Source of the DNA: Microbotryum violaceum
Lineage: Eukaryota
Reading direction: 5' to 3'
Assembly: GCA_001244265.2 (NCBI GenBank)
Contig: CDLV01000007.1
Span: forward strand, 1,550,001-1,614,000
DNA length: 64,000 bases
Shown: in pieces, positions 22,001-34,701 of the stretch
Numbering within the stretch: the stretch's first letter is position 1
Layout of the letters: every line of letters begins with the position of its first letter
Program-made: the position numbers and the translations under genes
The notes under the pieces: model-generated
What the model was told of the DNA's origin: nothing
Database searches by the model: none
The model's input: the letters and a program-made list of their open reading frames with translations, nothing else

Positions 22001-23934
22001 TTCGATGCTTGAGCCAGGGCCTGCGCCGCTCGTTGGGTTGCGATCGTCGGCAATCCTTCGGGCGAAGACTGCGAGTGCACGAGTGGGGGCGCATGGGTGT
22101 TGAGAAAGATGGTGCTCGCCGTGATGGGTCGATCCGTGGGTGGCGCAGAAGTCGACGTTGATGGGTTCGACTCGAGATCCATCGCAAAGTTCTGAGCAAC
22201 GCTTTGTTGAACTGCTGTAGCTTCCCTCCGAGCTCCCTTGCGGGCGTTCATGATGCGCTTCAGTTCCTTGTACGCGCTCGCTACGCCCTTCCAAATCTCC
22301 TCTTCGTCATTGCCAAGATCGCTGGTCGACGTCGTGAGCGCGGCCTCTAAGATGGGCAAGCGGTTCTTGAGCAATGCGATCGCAGCTGCGACGGTCTCGT
22401 TCGGCGGTGGGTGCGGGTTCGGACCGGGCTGGAAGGTCGGGGGTGGTGGGAAGTTGAACGCTGGTGCAACCGGAGGCGCACTGGGAGACTCGTAGTAGCC
22501 ATTCGACGTCGTAGGCATCGCCGTCGGCGTCGTGAGAAGAGCGTTCGTCGGCTGGCCTGACGACGCGGGACCAGCGAGTTGCAGAGGTGCGGCCAGAGAC
22601 TGGCTTTGGCTTTGAGAGGCTTGAGCTTGAGCTTCGTCAATGCCCAGGAGCTGCGGCGAGGCATCCGCCATCCCCCGATCGCCTTCCCAGTCTCCGTTCA
22701 CCGCACTAGACTCCATCGCCGCAGCTAGGCTGTTGTGCTGCAGTCTTCGCGCTTCCCAATCCGCCTGAACATGCTGCGCATGCGCCTGGGCGTGGAGCAC
22801 TTGGGCAGCATGAATATGAGGTTGGGCTTGCTGCTGCTGCTGCTGCTGCTGCTGTTGCTGTTGCTGCTTCTGCTGTTGTTGCTGTTGCTGCTGTTGGTGG
22901 TGATGCTGTTGTTCTAATGCAGATGCAAGAGCTTCCGAGGCCCGTCCGTACCCGTCTTCGGCGGTGTATTGCCCCTCGCCAGGGAGCAGCTCGCCAGTGT
23001 TCGAAGTGATATGAATCGGGGCCGACTGGACTCGCGGTGGAGGTATCGGCGGGGCGGGAGAGAACGCCGTCGAAGGCATCGGTGGTGTCGATAGAGGCGA
23101 GTCGGCCGCCGGTGATGCGGCCACACTGGTGGAAAGATAGTGCGGGATGGAGGACACGGATGCCGTATTCGCATGCAGAGGTCGAGGGTGTGCTGGATGG
23201 GCGTAAGGGTGATGTCGCGTTGGAGGAGCCGAATGGGCCGGCTGCGGGGGGACAATACTCGAGGCCGGCGTCGCCGTTGCGATCATCGGTGAGTTTGCAG
23301 GAGGGGGCGGCGTCGCTCTGGCAATCGCCTGCAGGGATGGGGTAGCTGCCCCACTCCCGCTGGCCCCATTCCCAACCGGCGACGCAAAGTAGTACGGTGT
23401 CGGCGGTGCGGTGGACGGGTCCGAGGGTGCGCCCGAGGAAGCTGCTGTCGGGTACGCCAGCTCCATCTCCTGGGCCAGAGCTCGGGATGCGGCCGTCAGG
23501 GCTCCCCCGACTCCTAAACTCGCAGCGATTGCGGCCGGCGTCGGCCCATTGACCCGCGTGAACGGCGATGCGTTCATATCTGAGGCACGCTGCGGAAATG
23601 CTGGTGATTGTGGTGTGTGTGGTTCTGAATTCGACGCGACGGATTTGGCGGTTGTGGTCGTCGGGCTCGTAATAAGAGCCGACAGTCCCAAACTAGCGAG
23701 CGCTTCGGCTTGCACGGGCGTCAGCTGTAGCACGTGCGTACTCGTCTGAGCCTGTGTATTTGCTGTCGGTGGTGAGCTTGGATTCGAGAGCAGCGGGTGC
23801 TGTTGAGCGGTCGGTAGACCGTTATGGGAAGACATTGGATCAGTTGAGCCGTTGTTCCCGCCGCCATTCACGTGCGGGGGCTGTTGCGAGAATTGAGCCG
23901 CTACGACGGCGCTGTCAGCCTCGTTGAGCTGCAT
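19029..23934 (-). CDS. Large Q/A/P/S-rich protein with an ordered C-terminal domain; function unknown (putative regulator)
   Basis: Long ORFs 21013-23934, 19911-21554 and 19225-19824 can be joined by GT-AG introns, and an inferred last exon ends in TAG at 19029. Contains polyQ and QA repeats and a globular segment MDPVFNEYLCDLCSNL...KSKGNHIW...PRVWDP. Confidence 0.8.
22826..22915 (-). repeat. Coding CAG/CAA tract (polyglutamine)
   Basis: (CTG/TTG)n on the plus strand encodes QQHHHQQQQQQQQQKQQQQQQQQQQQQQ. Confidence 0.9.
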
Positions 23935-26588
23935 ACAGCGAGATCAGATCAAGTCCTCTTGGTATACGTTGTGGAGACTTTTGCTACAAGTTGGTACAAA
24001 CTGATGTAGTCGCTTGCAGGCGTTGCCGCTCGGTGATGTCGGTCGATTTCGCAATGAAGGCGACACACCCGCGCCCGGTCGATGGCGTAACGGGACCGTG
24101 GCTCTAGATTCGGCCCGCAAAGTCCGATGTAGTCAGATTCGAGGCGACTGCGATTCGGGGTCTAATCTGGGGAGTGAATGCCGATGAGAGCATGCCAATG
24201 AATGCGGTAACAAGCGGTCAGCGAGTTGCTATTATTGAGGGGCCAGATCGTCCTCCGGCGATCAATCGAGGGACTCGACATCGTCGACACCGGCGCAAGT
24301 GCGTGTCAATCGCTCACACGCTGTCGCATGAGGCAGCTCTACGAGCTCGCCCCTGCGCCGCGTGGGCTTTTGACACCCTCGACAGAGCAATTCTCACCTC
24401 TGGATTCTACAAGACGTGCGCCCAATGTTCGACTTGAGGTCCACCTTGACGGCAGGTAACGGTAGCCGGTGCGCCTGGGCGAGCGCCGGAGTGCGAAGAC
24501 CTAGTCGGCCGGAGTGTCCTGACTTCTATACAGGCCTTGGGAGGCCGCACAAAGTAGTGGTGCGACCAATGTCGGGCGTCGGGTTCTAGCCGAAATAAAA
24601 AGGTGCGGAATGAAGTACGAGATAGAAAGGATGGGCGGAGGCTGGGCGGTTGCAACCGGAATACGGCTAGGAGGATCAAGCCGTGGGTGGCACAAAAACC
24701 GCTTGGCCAGCTTCAGGCCGCCAGAGCTGGCAAGAGCTGGCTTGCTGCTCGCTGGCGCGCCGATTCTCAAAAGACTCGCTGGGCCACGGTGGCGTTATGA
24801 TTGATCAATGAGAGTCTCGCGACTTCCGAAGCGACTGGCCAGCCAGCTGCAGGTGCCTTCATTGCCCTTCCAACTGCCAACCTCCCCCCCCAATCACATT
24901 GACAGACCTTCTGAATCTTGAATTCAAATACAAATACTCTACACCACGGGCCTAGGAGGAGCTACACGTTCCAGTTCAGAAGTGGTCAGCTGTTACCTTT
25001 TAGGTGGGTGGGCATAGGTAACGCTTGTTTTATTTGCAGCTGTCCCTGAGCAGACCACGGTCGGCCTCCGCGCGGGGAACACCGGAAGATCGCACCCCAT
25101 GCTAGAGAAGATCGGCTGGCGCAGGCGGCGTGGGAGTGGGTGAGTGTCTCAGAGCAATTTCGTCTTACCGACTCGTGGCAGCAATGGGTAGGTCTTCCCT
25201 TCTGCTTGCGTTCCGTTTCCCCAACTTCCCAATCCCACTCTTCGGAATCCTGGCCGCAAGCTTGCCCTCTCCTTCAAGCGATAGCGATTCCCCACTGGTG
25301 GCTCCGGAGATAGTCGGGAACCAGCGCCGGTGCCATGCTTTTGTGGTCATTGCTTGTTTGATCATAGGAACCAGAGCGCAAGGACATGCCCACTATTTTT
25401 AGTCCTTTACATAGTGTGTAACAAAAACATCCACTGCACAGATTTATCTATAGCCTGAGCTAGGTGAGGATGTTGAGCGCGAGTTGAAGCCGTCGCAAAC
25501 CCTGATAACAAACGCGCAATTGCGGCTTACCCCTGCGAATCTAATCAGGTATGATTCAAGGCTCGTGGTCAATGCTCTGTGCGAAGCAATCGCGGGCGCT
25601 TTTCTTCTTCTTATCCCACCCACCGCTCCACCAGCAGCTCCATCATCTGTTTCCCGCGGCCCAACAACATATCCTACGCTTACTTGGCTTTCTACGAGCA
25701 CCTCGTCACGATATGATATGGTCCTTGCTACCCAGCACAGCGAACCAGGGGTCTAGCCCCTCGCGAAACTGCTTTTCTCCCTCCTCACTGGGTCGCACTC
25801 TGGCCCACGAGTCTAAGCTTCACCAACGTTTTGAATAAGTCGTCTCCCGGTTGCTCCTGTCGACTTGTAGACGCTCGTCAGTGCGCCTCATTCCACCTTA
25901 GTGTTCTCTCTCCCTTTCATATACGGGGGCGCTCGACCCACACCCACTCTCGGCAGCGACACTGCTCACAGGTCGACTGCCTCTGCACCCTTTACTTGAC
26001 AGTCCTTCCATGTTCGTCATTCTCTAGGGGATGGAAGGGATTCAGGGATTGCAAGACGGATGTTCATGTTTCCCTTTTTAGGGAAGTTGAAACGCGGTTC
26101 TCTTAGAGGTTGTCTCGATCCCGAATTGCTACCTTTTGCGGGTACATCTATTTGGCTACATGTCGAGAGAACTGTCAATAAGGCCGCACACCATTTTTGG
26201 AGGTTTTTATTTTATTTTATTTTATTTGGTAGAGTATTTTGATCTGATGGTGCAAGTCTCTTGGTCACACTTGTCTCTGCGCCGTGCTCGGCGGAGTCGT
26301 GAATCTTGAGCTCACTCGAAAGGGAGCACATTACCCGCTGCGGTGGATCCACACTTGACGAGCACTGTGAGAAAGCCAACCATTTCGAAGACAAAAATGC
26401 CGTACCCCAAGGACCCGTCGACCCGTCCCAAGCTGGAAAGCCCTCGGCCTTGATCCGCCGAAAATGTCCGGTCGACCACGGTGGATCGAGACTGCATCCA
26501 ACTGGGCAGCGGCCGCTCCTGACTTGACCTCCGACTGCATCGTGACCGGGAATCCGTCAACGCACCTCTGCGCCTCCCTACATCAGCC

Positions 26589-27581
26589 ATGTCCATCTCA
26601 AGGACAAACTCCGTGGCCGTGGCCCGCCTACTCGCCTCAAGGCCCACTTTAGCGCATCCTACGCCCCTTCTCCGTCACCTGTCGCGAGCTGCTTCGACGT
26701 CATCCACCGCTTCCACCTCTGGTACGTCGATTGATACGCCCTCCCAGCACCTTACCTTGAGCGTCTCCCCAGCATTGATCTTTCTCCTTCGTCTCCTCTT
26801 CAACAGCTCAACAGCTGACGTGGCCAAAGTACCTCGCGCTGCGTCGATCGCAACGACTGTACGGCCTGCTCGCTTCGATCCCGACTACCTTCGCTGGACT
26901 CACCCTCGGAGCGAGTTACTTTGCGACCATCGAGGCGGAGCCGACCGATCTGATCTTTGGCCTTGAGCCTGTGTATGCGTGAGTTTTGAAGTGCGCACTT
27001 TTTGCAGAGATGCCTGAGAAAAGTTAATCATGGCGAACGACTCGGGTCGGCGTTCGGTCTTCGGGCTACTGGTCTATGCCTCCCTCGCCCACGTGCGTGG
27101 AAAACAACTCTTGGAAACTGAACCATTTGCTGCTATCCTATTGAACGCAGATACGGAATCGCAACTACGGCCTGCGTCGCCCTCGGCTGGCTCTCCGGAC
27201 CTATCGTCGGCACCGGTCTGTGGAGGCTGACCCACCGCAAGGTCCTACAAGCGATGGAAGTCAAGGAGAAGGACTTTTACGCTCACATCGCCAGGAATCG
27301 CGTCGACCCGTCCCGACAGTCTGTTTCGAACCCCGTCCCGGATGTGAGTTGAGAGTTTGCTTATGGTCCTCAGCCGAGCGGAGATGACTGCATCTGCTGT
27401 ATCGAGCTCTAGCCGGTGGGGGACAGAAGTGGAACGTTGACTGATCTACTGTTTCTTGGTCATCGTACAGTACTACGCGGAGAAGGTATCAAGTCTGTCG
27501 GGCTACCGACAGTGGTTGAGGGATCAGAACGTGTACCGACGAAAAGCGACGTTCGGCGAAGGCCAGGATGGCACGATGTAA
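26589..27581 (+). CDS. PAM17: Mitochondrial presequence translocase-associated motor subunit Pam17, multi-exon
   Basis: R/S/A-rich presequence, then spliced motifs LTWPKYLALRR, YFATIEAEPTDLIFGLEP, KEKDFYAHIARNRVDPSRQSVSNPVPD and YYAEKVSSLSGYRQWLRDQ. Confidence 0.88.
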
Positions 27582-27816
27582 CATGTACGACTTGCAATCA
27601 AAAGTGACGACACGAGTGTCATCATTCAATAAGATATTTCTGGAGCTATCGAGGGCTTTGTCAGGACTGCTCGTGCGGGACTCGCCTACAGTACTGCACA
27701 GAAGAGCCTTCCTAGCCTTTAGGGAGTTCACAAAGCAGAAACCTGGTACCCTCTGCGCGAAGTGACGACAACGCGATATATCCAATGCAGGGAGATTAAA
27801 AAACAGACAGCAAGAA

Positions 27817-30800
27817 CTACAAGCAGTTGGCGACGTCACTCGCGAAAGCCCTCTGCATCAACTTGGCCCCAGGTCCAACGACTTGGGCCCTCTTCTCCGA
27901 TCCTGCTTTAGGAGCTGCTGCCTCGTCTCGAACCTCTTCTCCGAGCGTGGTCTTCGGCAACTCGTAAATCCACTGACGGCTCTCATCCTCGAAAATATCG
28001 AACAATCGACTCAGTACCTTGACGTGCTTCAGCGTTTTGCGCGAACCGACAATGATCAGTTTGGCCTTGGCTCGCGTCAAACAGACATTCAACCTCCTCC
28101 AATCGGTCAACAGGTCCCCAACGTTGCCTGATTCGTTCGAGCGTACCAACGACATGACGATGCAAAGCTTGTCACGTCCTTGTGAACGATCGGCGGTGAG
28201 AATCTCGATTTTCGGGTAGGTCGAACCCAGATGGAAGGAGAGCAGCTTGATTTGATGGCGGTAGGGCGCGATCAGACCGAGTTCGGTCGCTTCGAGGCCA
28301 GAGTCGATCAAAGACTTGCAAATCTGAATGTTCGGGGACCTGGCCTGTCAGCCTTGCACATGCGGTTGGGATAAGAGCTTCAGTCATCTTCTCACCTCTT
28401 TGACGATCCGTGCCTCCCCCTCGTTGTCAATCAAAGACCCTTGCTTCCTCTCACGCGCAGGCAATTGATCCGTATCAGCAAAAACGACCGTCTTTCTCGG
28501 GTCGACGACGTCTTTGCACCACCCCTCTTCAAGTCGTTCCCACCCTGGCAGAGCCAATCGACGATCCGCAATAGAATCGGAACCGACACGAAGTTCACCA
28601 TCGTAGACGAGTCGGTTCGAGAGCAGCATAATGTCACGGTTCATGCGGTACTGAATCGTGAGGTTGACGATGGCCGAGGGGTGCGCCTTCGATAGACGAG
28701 CGAAGAGCGACTCGTCGAGCCCGCTTTCACGAGCGGCGGGGTTACGCACCTAGTGTAGAATCAATAATCAAAATCAGCCGAAATGGGTTGGTGCCCATTT
28801 CTGTTGTTGTGAAACACTTACCAGGGGAGGGAGCTGATTATGATCACCAACCAGGACGAAGCGATCAGCGAAGCGCAAAGGCCCGAGGCAAGTCGGCAGG
28901 GTGACTTGAGACGCCTCATCAATGATGCAAACGTCGAATCGGCGTTTCGAAAAGATGTGCCTGGGAAGGTGGAGATCAGCCTGAACCTTCCTTCAGAAAA
29001 GCCAAGGAACAATGTCTCGACTTACTCGTTGATGCCAAGACAAGTTGTAGCGACGATCTGCGGGGTCATGAACCGGTTGTCAAGTTGAGCCAAGTTGGTC
29101 GCAGGGTCGCGAGGATCTAGGGTGAGATGGTGCAGCTCGGGCATGATCTGTGGTACAAGGAAAGTCAGTCTCATCGCAGTACCCAACAAGGTTTCTCGGA
29201 CTCACCTTGTCTCGATTCCCAAGGCGCAAGATACCGAGCCCTTGATCCTTCACTTTGAGCAAGATGTTGTCGACGGCCGAATGGGTGTAACTCGTCAAGA
29301 GCACCGACTGGCCCTTCTTCGTCAGCGCTTTCAACAGTTCAGCGATCGTCGTCGTCTTGCCTGTACCCGGCATCCCAAGGATCAAGGTATAGTCTCGAGC
29401 TCGGGAAACCTTGTCGATCGCTCGTGCTTGATCCCCGTTTAGATCGGAATGGGTGACGAGTTTTGCATCGTCGACCACCGGAGGCAACTCGTAAAATTGC
29501 GGCTCAACGAGATCGACGATGAGTTCGCGACGACGCTCGTCTCCGCCGGGCACAAACAACTGCACAAGGTTGTCTCGGATTCGACCCATACCGGCGGCAA
29601 GCTCGTCCTTGTCGATACGGTAGATCTGACCCTGGTCGGACTTCGTCTTTCTTGCTCGAGCGAACAGCGGTGAGTCCGTCAACGAATGATCTACTCCAAC
29701 GACAATATGATGGGCCGACATTTCGAGCACGAAGCCACGGGACATGGCGAGAACGAAGGGTTGTTCGAGTGTGATGACAATCGGATCGTTGACGGAGATT
29801 GTTCCGCCTAACAATGAATCGGCTGCGCGTTGGGTCGACGTCGCCTGTGTGGAGAGCGTTGTAGCGCGGCGAAGACAGTACGTGTACGTATGCACGCGGG
29901 GAGCGCCTTCTATTGGGACGGGTGCTTCTGCGGCAGGATCGATCGCCATGTTGGCCAGGCATCTAAAGAGGATTCCGCGTCAGCCCCAAGTTGAAAGAAT
30001 AAACCGCAGGAAGGAAGACTGACCGTCCAAGCCTTTGACGCTCCTCAGCCCTGATTGTCCAAATCTCTTTCTTGAACTTGATCATCTCCTGTTCTTCGAG
30101 GGTAATGAGACGTTCCCAAGTCCGGAAGAAGGCAAGCTGCGTATCGGTCAAACTAGAAGTTTGATCCTCATACACTTGCTGCAAAGAGCCGTTCGAGTCA
30201 TCATTTGTGACTTCGGTGTCACCATCGAATGCCTGCCGAAGAAGTTCAGCTCGTCAGTCCCTACTACATGAGCACCTACCACAACAGACTGTCTTACCCG
30301 TCGATAAAGCATACACGCATCTCTGACGTAGCATCGCTTGCAAGACCTCGCTTCATCTATAGGCTCGGGCAAGAGTCGATCCTCGAGTTCAACGGGCTTG
30401 GCATCGGCTGCGCTCGGAGGCGTCGCAACTGCCCAAAGCGCCGCCTCGGATGCTGACATTTGCGAGCTCGCTGGCACATCATTGACCGTCGCGGCGAGGG
30501 TGACCACCGGTTTCGGACCCTCTCCATCTTCATCTCCGATCTTGGGAGTGGATGAAAGCCATGTCTTGTCTGCGGATAGAGACAGCCGTCGATGCAGGAA
30601 CGTCGCAAACTCATTCCGAGCGATGAGCAAACCCCGAAGTTCATTCCGGGCAGGCTGGATGCGCAGCACCTCATTCGATTGCGTGTAGTACAGCAATCCT
30701 GACTCGATCGCTTCATCGTATCGATCCGTCATGAGAAGGGTGTACAGCATCGTCTGAGCACGATGTTCCATCCCGGCCGAGGATTTGCCCGTTTTGATCT

Positions 30801-32571
30801 CGAAGGGGAAGGTGCCGGGTCGCGTGAAGGGGCCTTCCGCAATCTTTCCTGCAACGGTGATGTCGATCTTGCCTTTGAGACCGAATCGGGGCGACCAGAT
30901 ATCCTCTTCGATGGCAAGACCTCCACTGATGGCCAATCGCACCGTTGAACCACCACGAACCGAGTGAGCATCTGGCAACACTGCTCGAAGCTACAAGTGA
31001 AGTCATCGCGAAATTAGCTGTCCGTAACCCAGCCCTGGAGTCGGCTTGCCACGGAACGCACCGATGGATCATCACCAACAAAGATGTGGCTGAACTGTTC
31101 AAAATCCCGGCTCTTCTCCCACATCTCCTCTCGTGCACGTTCAGCTTCGATCGGTCCCGGTTTGTTGATACTCCACAAGGTTTGCATCTCGCTCTGAACA
31201 ATGCTCTGGATCTTTTCCTTTCTGTACTCGTCGTCCCACCGATTGTCAAGCATGCAAGCTTGCATAAGCGCGTGGAGCATGTTGCCATACACGAGAGAAG
31301 AATTCGTTCCCTCGCTTGATCGGATAATCTCCTGCAGCAAGGCTTTGCGTGAGCACTGCGCGGAGTCGGCGACTTTGGTCGACGAGACGAGGATGTCGGG
31401 GTGAAGGATGAGGTAGCCTGACAGACGATCGATGATGGCGGAGGGAGATGCGGCCAGATCGAACGGTCCAACGACGTTTATGGTGTACCCTGATCATAAA
31501 TACAAAGTTCTTCAGACTTCACTCGCATCTTTCGAAGAGCCGGCGGGACTCACCAACTTCAACGACGGATTGAACCCAGTCATCCGCCAGAACAACCTGC
31601 CGTCGGTCCTCGAATCTCTCGCTCGATACTTCCAAGATCTGCAAACGGTACTCAGGACGATGAGTTCGAGCGTTGAATCTGCTTCAGATCCGGTAAGGAT
31701 GCGTACCAGCGTTCGCTTAGGCCCCATTCCCTCCTCAATTGCTTCCACGACACATCTGACGAAGTCTTTACTCCTCGGTGGTGGGTGCTACAAGTTTAAG
31801 TGCCATGGATCAGCTTTGGCCGTGCTGGCGTACATGTTTCATTAGGTAACGACTGACCTCTTCATCTTCGTCATCATCGTCGTACATCATGTCATCAAAG
31901 TCAATTCCCTCCAGCAAATCCTCCGAGCTCACCCCGACCTTGCATTCCGATGCACAAGCCATCCCACGCTTGGTGTTCAGACCTTGGCGATTCAGATCGT
32001 CACAAACGGGTGTGTTCTCTTTTTCCTTCCCTTTGAGCTTGAGACTAGTCGCGGCAGTGGACATGCTTCGTTCGCGCGACTTGATGATCCCTTGGACGCC
32101 GTCGAGACCGTCGGATTTTCGCTTCTTCGCGACAAAAACGGAGAGTGACGGCTTGGATGTCGACGTCGCGGTATTGACCAAAGCGGGTCTTGCGTACGGT
32201 CTTGACAAGGGATCGTTCCAAAACTCTTCCGGCCGGAGTGAGACGGCTCGTTTTTGAACCGGTGGAGAGGTTTTCCGAACCGAGGTTCGTGCGCTGGTCG
32301 AGGCGGCTGAGCTCGAGGCTAACGTCGATGCCGAGGTGGAAGCCACGACGACGCGGTCCCGTGGGGCATAAGACGCTCGTCTAGGAGCGGAGCTGGAGTG
32401 ACCAGCACTACTGGTCGGTGTACGAACTCCATTCGGTGACGAGGAAGGTGGTTGGGAGAATATGGACGCGTCGAGATCAGCGAAGAGATCCGACATGAAG
32501 TCGGACTCGCCCGCGACGGCGGCGGTGGTTGCTTTGACATCATTGCCTGGTGGTCTTGTGGAGCGCTTCAT
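27817..32571 (-). CDS. DNA2: DNA replication ATP-dependent helicase/nuclease Dna2, multi-exon
   Basis: Nuclease: [34 protein letters not shown] and Fe-S cysteines [12 protein letters not shown]1 helicase: [44 protein letters not shown]. Confidence 0.96.
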
Positions 32572-32975
32572 GGTGGAAGATGGCAGGCACTGACAGCGCG
32601 GAGGGGAAGCGTCCAAGATATTGAGGTCGTGCAGCACGAGAGCGCTCGTAAGTGAGGATGAATACGACAAGTGTGGGGGCAGAGACTGACGATACGCGCT
32701 GTGGAGTACTCGCGTGAGACCGAGTTGTTTCCGCGATCGCGTCAACCGCGTCGCGACGCTCCTCACGTGACTTTGCTGGCGCGCTCATTTGCGTGACGCG
32801 GCTTTTACTACCAGATCACGCTGGCATGTGCCAGTCACCATCAACATCGTAGGTCGTCTGAACTCATATTGTTACAAGTCGTATCGCCATTGTTCCAACG
32901 ACGACGGGCTAAGGTCGTGATCATGAAAACTTCATAGCTTCGACTGGATTTATGGAAGAGCGAAAAAAACAACAT

Positions 32976-34456
32976 CTAATGGTTGCGAGCGTGGAACACG
33001 ACCAGACCCGGTACACCGACCACCTCGAATCCAGCCTTCTTCGCCATCTTGGCCAAACCTTCTGTTTCGATCTGCGTGAACATCACCGTGCAAGGGTTTT
33101 GTCAATCCGATCGCGCACCGAGACTCTTTCCTATCCTTCACGCACCTCATTCTCAAAGACATAAGTTGGGAACACGACCCCTTCCCGATGTACGTTCGCC
33201 TTGACAAGCGTGAACGTACACCCTATCCCATCGAGCGGGACGTAGGCCAATCCAAGATGCGTTGGCATGTCGACAAGGTGTTGTCGTTTGGTCATCAATT
33301 CCCGGTACCCTTCCACCAGCATCACGTCCGGCCCAATGTCCTTGAGCAACTCCAACGACGCCTCGGTCTCGGCGAAATTGTTTCGGTCGAAACCCTGCAA
33401 GTCCCATCAAAAATAACATCAGCTCACAAAAATCAGGCTCGGACGGCGCGAAATAGAAACCCAGGTACGTACCCAGAAATCCCACGAGTTGAAATGCCAC
33501 AACGTGTTTGGTACCACAATATCCTTGTTCAAGCCCATCATATCCATCAAAATATCGGGATCGTAACGCACGACATCGACATCCAACCATAACACCCAAG
33601 CATGATCCGGTCTCAGTGCCGAAGTGAGAAGATAATTCCTCGCTCGCGCAATGATTGCCCTTCGTAGGGGTTGTCCTTCGAATCCGTGTCGCACCTCGGA
33701 CGCGAGGTTGAAGTGGAAGTCTTTTTGGAGGATCTGGATCGAATTGTAGCGTTCGTTCGAAGGCATGCGACTCAGCCTTTCGGCTCGTCTTCGGAGTTTG
33801 GTGATGGTGCCGTCGGTCGTGTCGCTGACAAGGAACGCCAATGAGATGAGCTCTTTTGGGTATTTGATTCTGGTGGGTTGGAATAAAGCTGATGCGTGTC
33901 AGCTCGCATTCCCACCTCGTCACGTTCTCTCCCGAATCAAGCTAGACAGGCCTAGCACGACACTCGCACGGACCTATTCAGATTTTCAAAGTACTCGTCG
34001 ATCCATTCTGCCGCGTCCTTGAGCGGCGTCAGAATGAGCACCTTCTGATTTGCCAGATGCCCCCTCGCCGACGCGTGAACGGGCGTTAAGTCGTGGTAGC
34101 TGTAGCTGTTCGACGCCCCGATTGCGGCCCTTCGCGCTGCGCGTTGCTCGACGAACCCGGACACGTTCATGTATGTGACCGTAACGATGACGGATATCAG
34201 AGCGATCATCGTTCTGTTCGGAGAGAGCAAAGGAGGCCACATCAGCAAGGAAGATAAAACGTCGAGGGGCCTTGTCGTACGTCGCAAGGGCCCGTAATCG
34301 GATCCCGACCAGCATCGCGCCTCGGAGACCGGTCAATGTCACGACTAACCTCGACGTGAACAAGCCGACCACGCGACTCCTCGCATCCCTCGCTGGTGAA
34401 GGACCATCCAGCTTCCGTGCCGAATAGTTCCGGTCCGTGTATCGCCCTGACACCAT
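32976..34456 (-). CDS. Anp1/Mnn9/Van1 family (GT62) glycosyltransferase, type II membrane protein, multi-exon
   Basis: N-terminal TM segment, KVLILTPLKDA, LAFLVSDTTDGT, ARARNYLLTSAL, WVLWLDVDVV (DxD), LDGIGCTFTLVKA and IETEGLAKMAKKAG. Confidence 0.9.
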
Positions 34457-34701
34457 CGTGTTGGGAACAGGAGAGGTAGGCGCTGCAGAGTCCGCCAGAG
34501 AGACAAACGGTGAATTGGTTGCGCGAGGGCGAGAATTGACCAGTCTCAGGCGCATTCTGGTGCCTTTTGAGTCGACAGAAAGACGATCCAAGACCCCGGG
34601 CGCGATTGGAGAACACGCAGCACGATCATGACAGAAATGGGAATTCTACAACAATTTTCGATCGCACTTTTTACTGCTTTGCATCATCAACGCCACCAAA
34701 A

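Noticed and set aside
24000..26500. Short ORFs or ncRNA in the long intergenic region
   Set aside because: No coding motifs and no recognisable RNA family; treated as promoter/UTR sequence.
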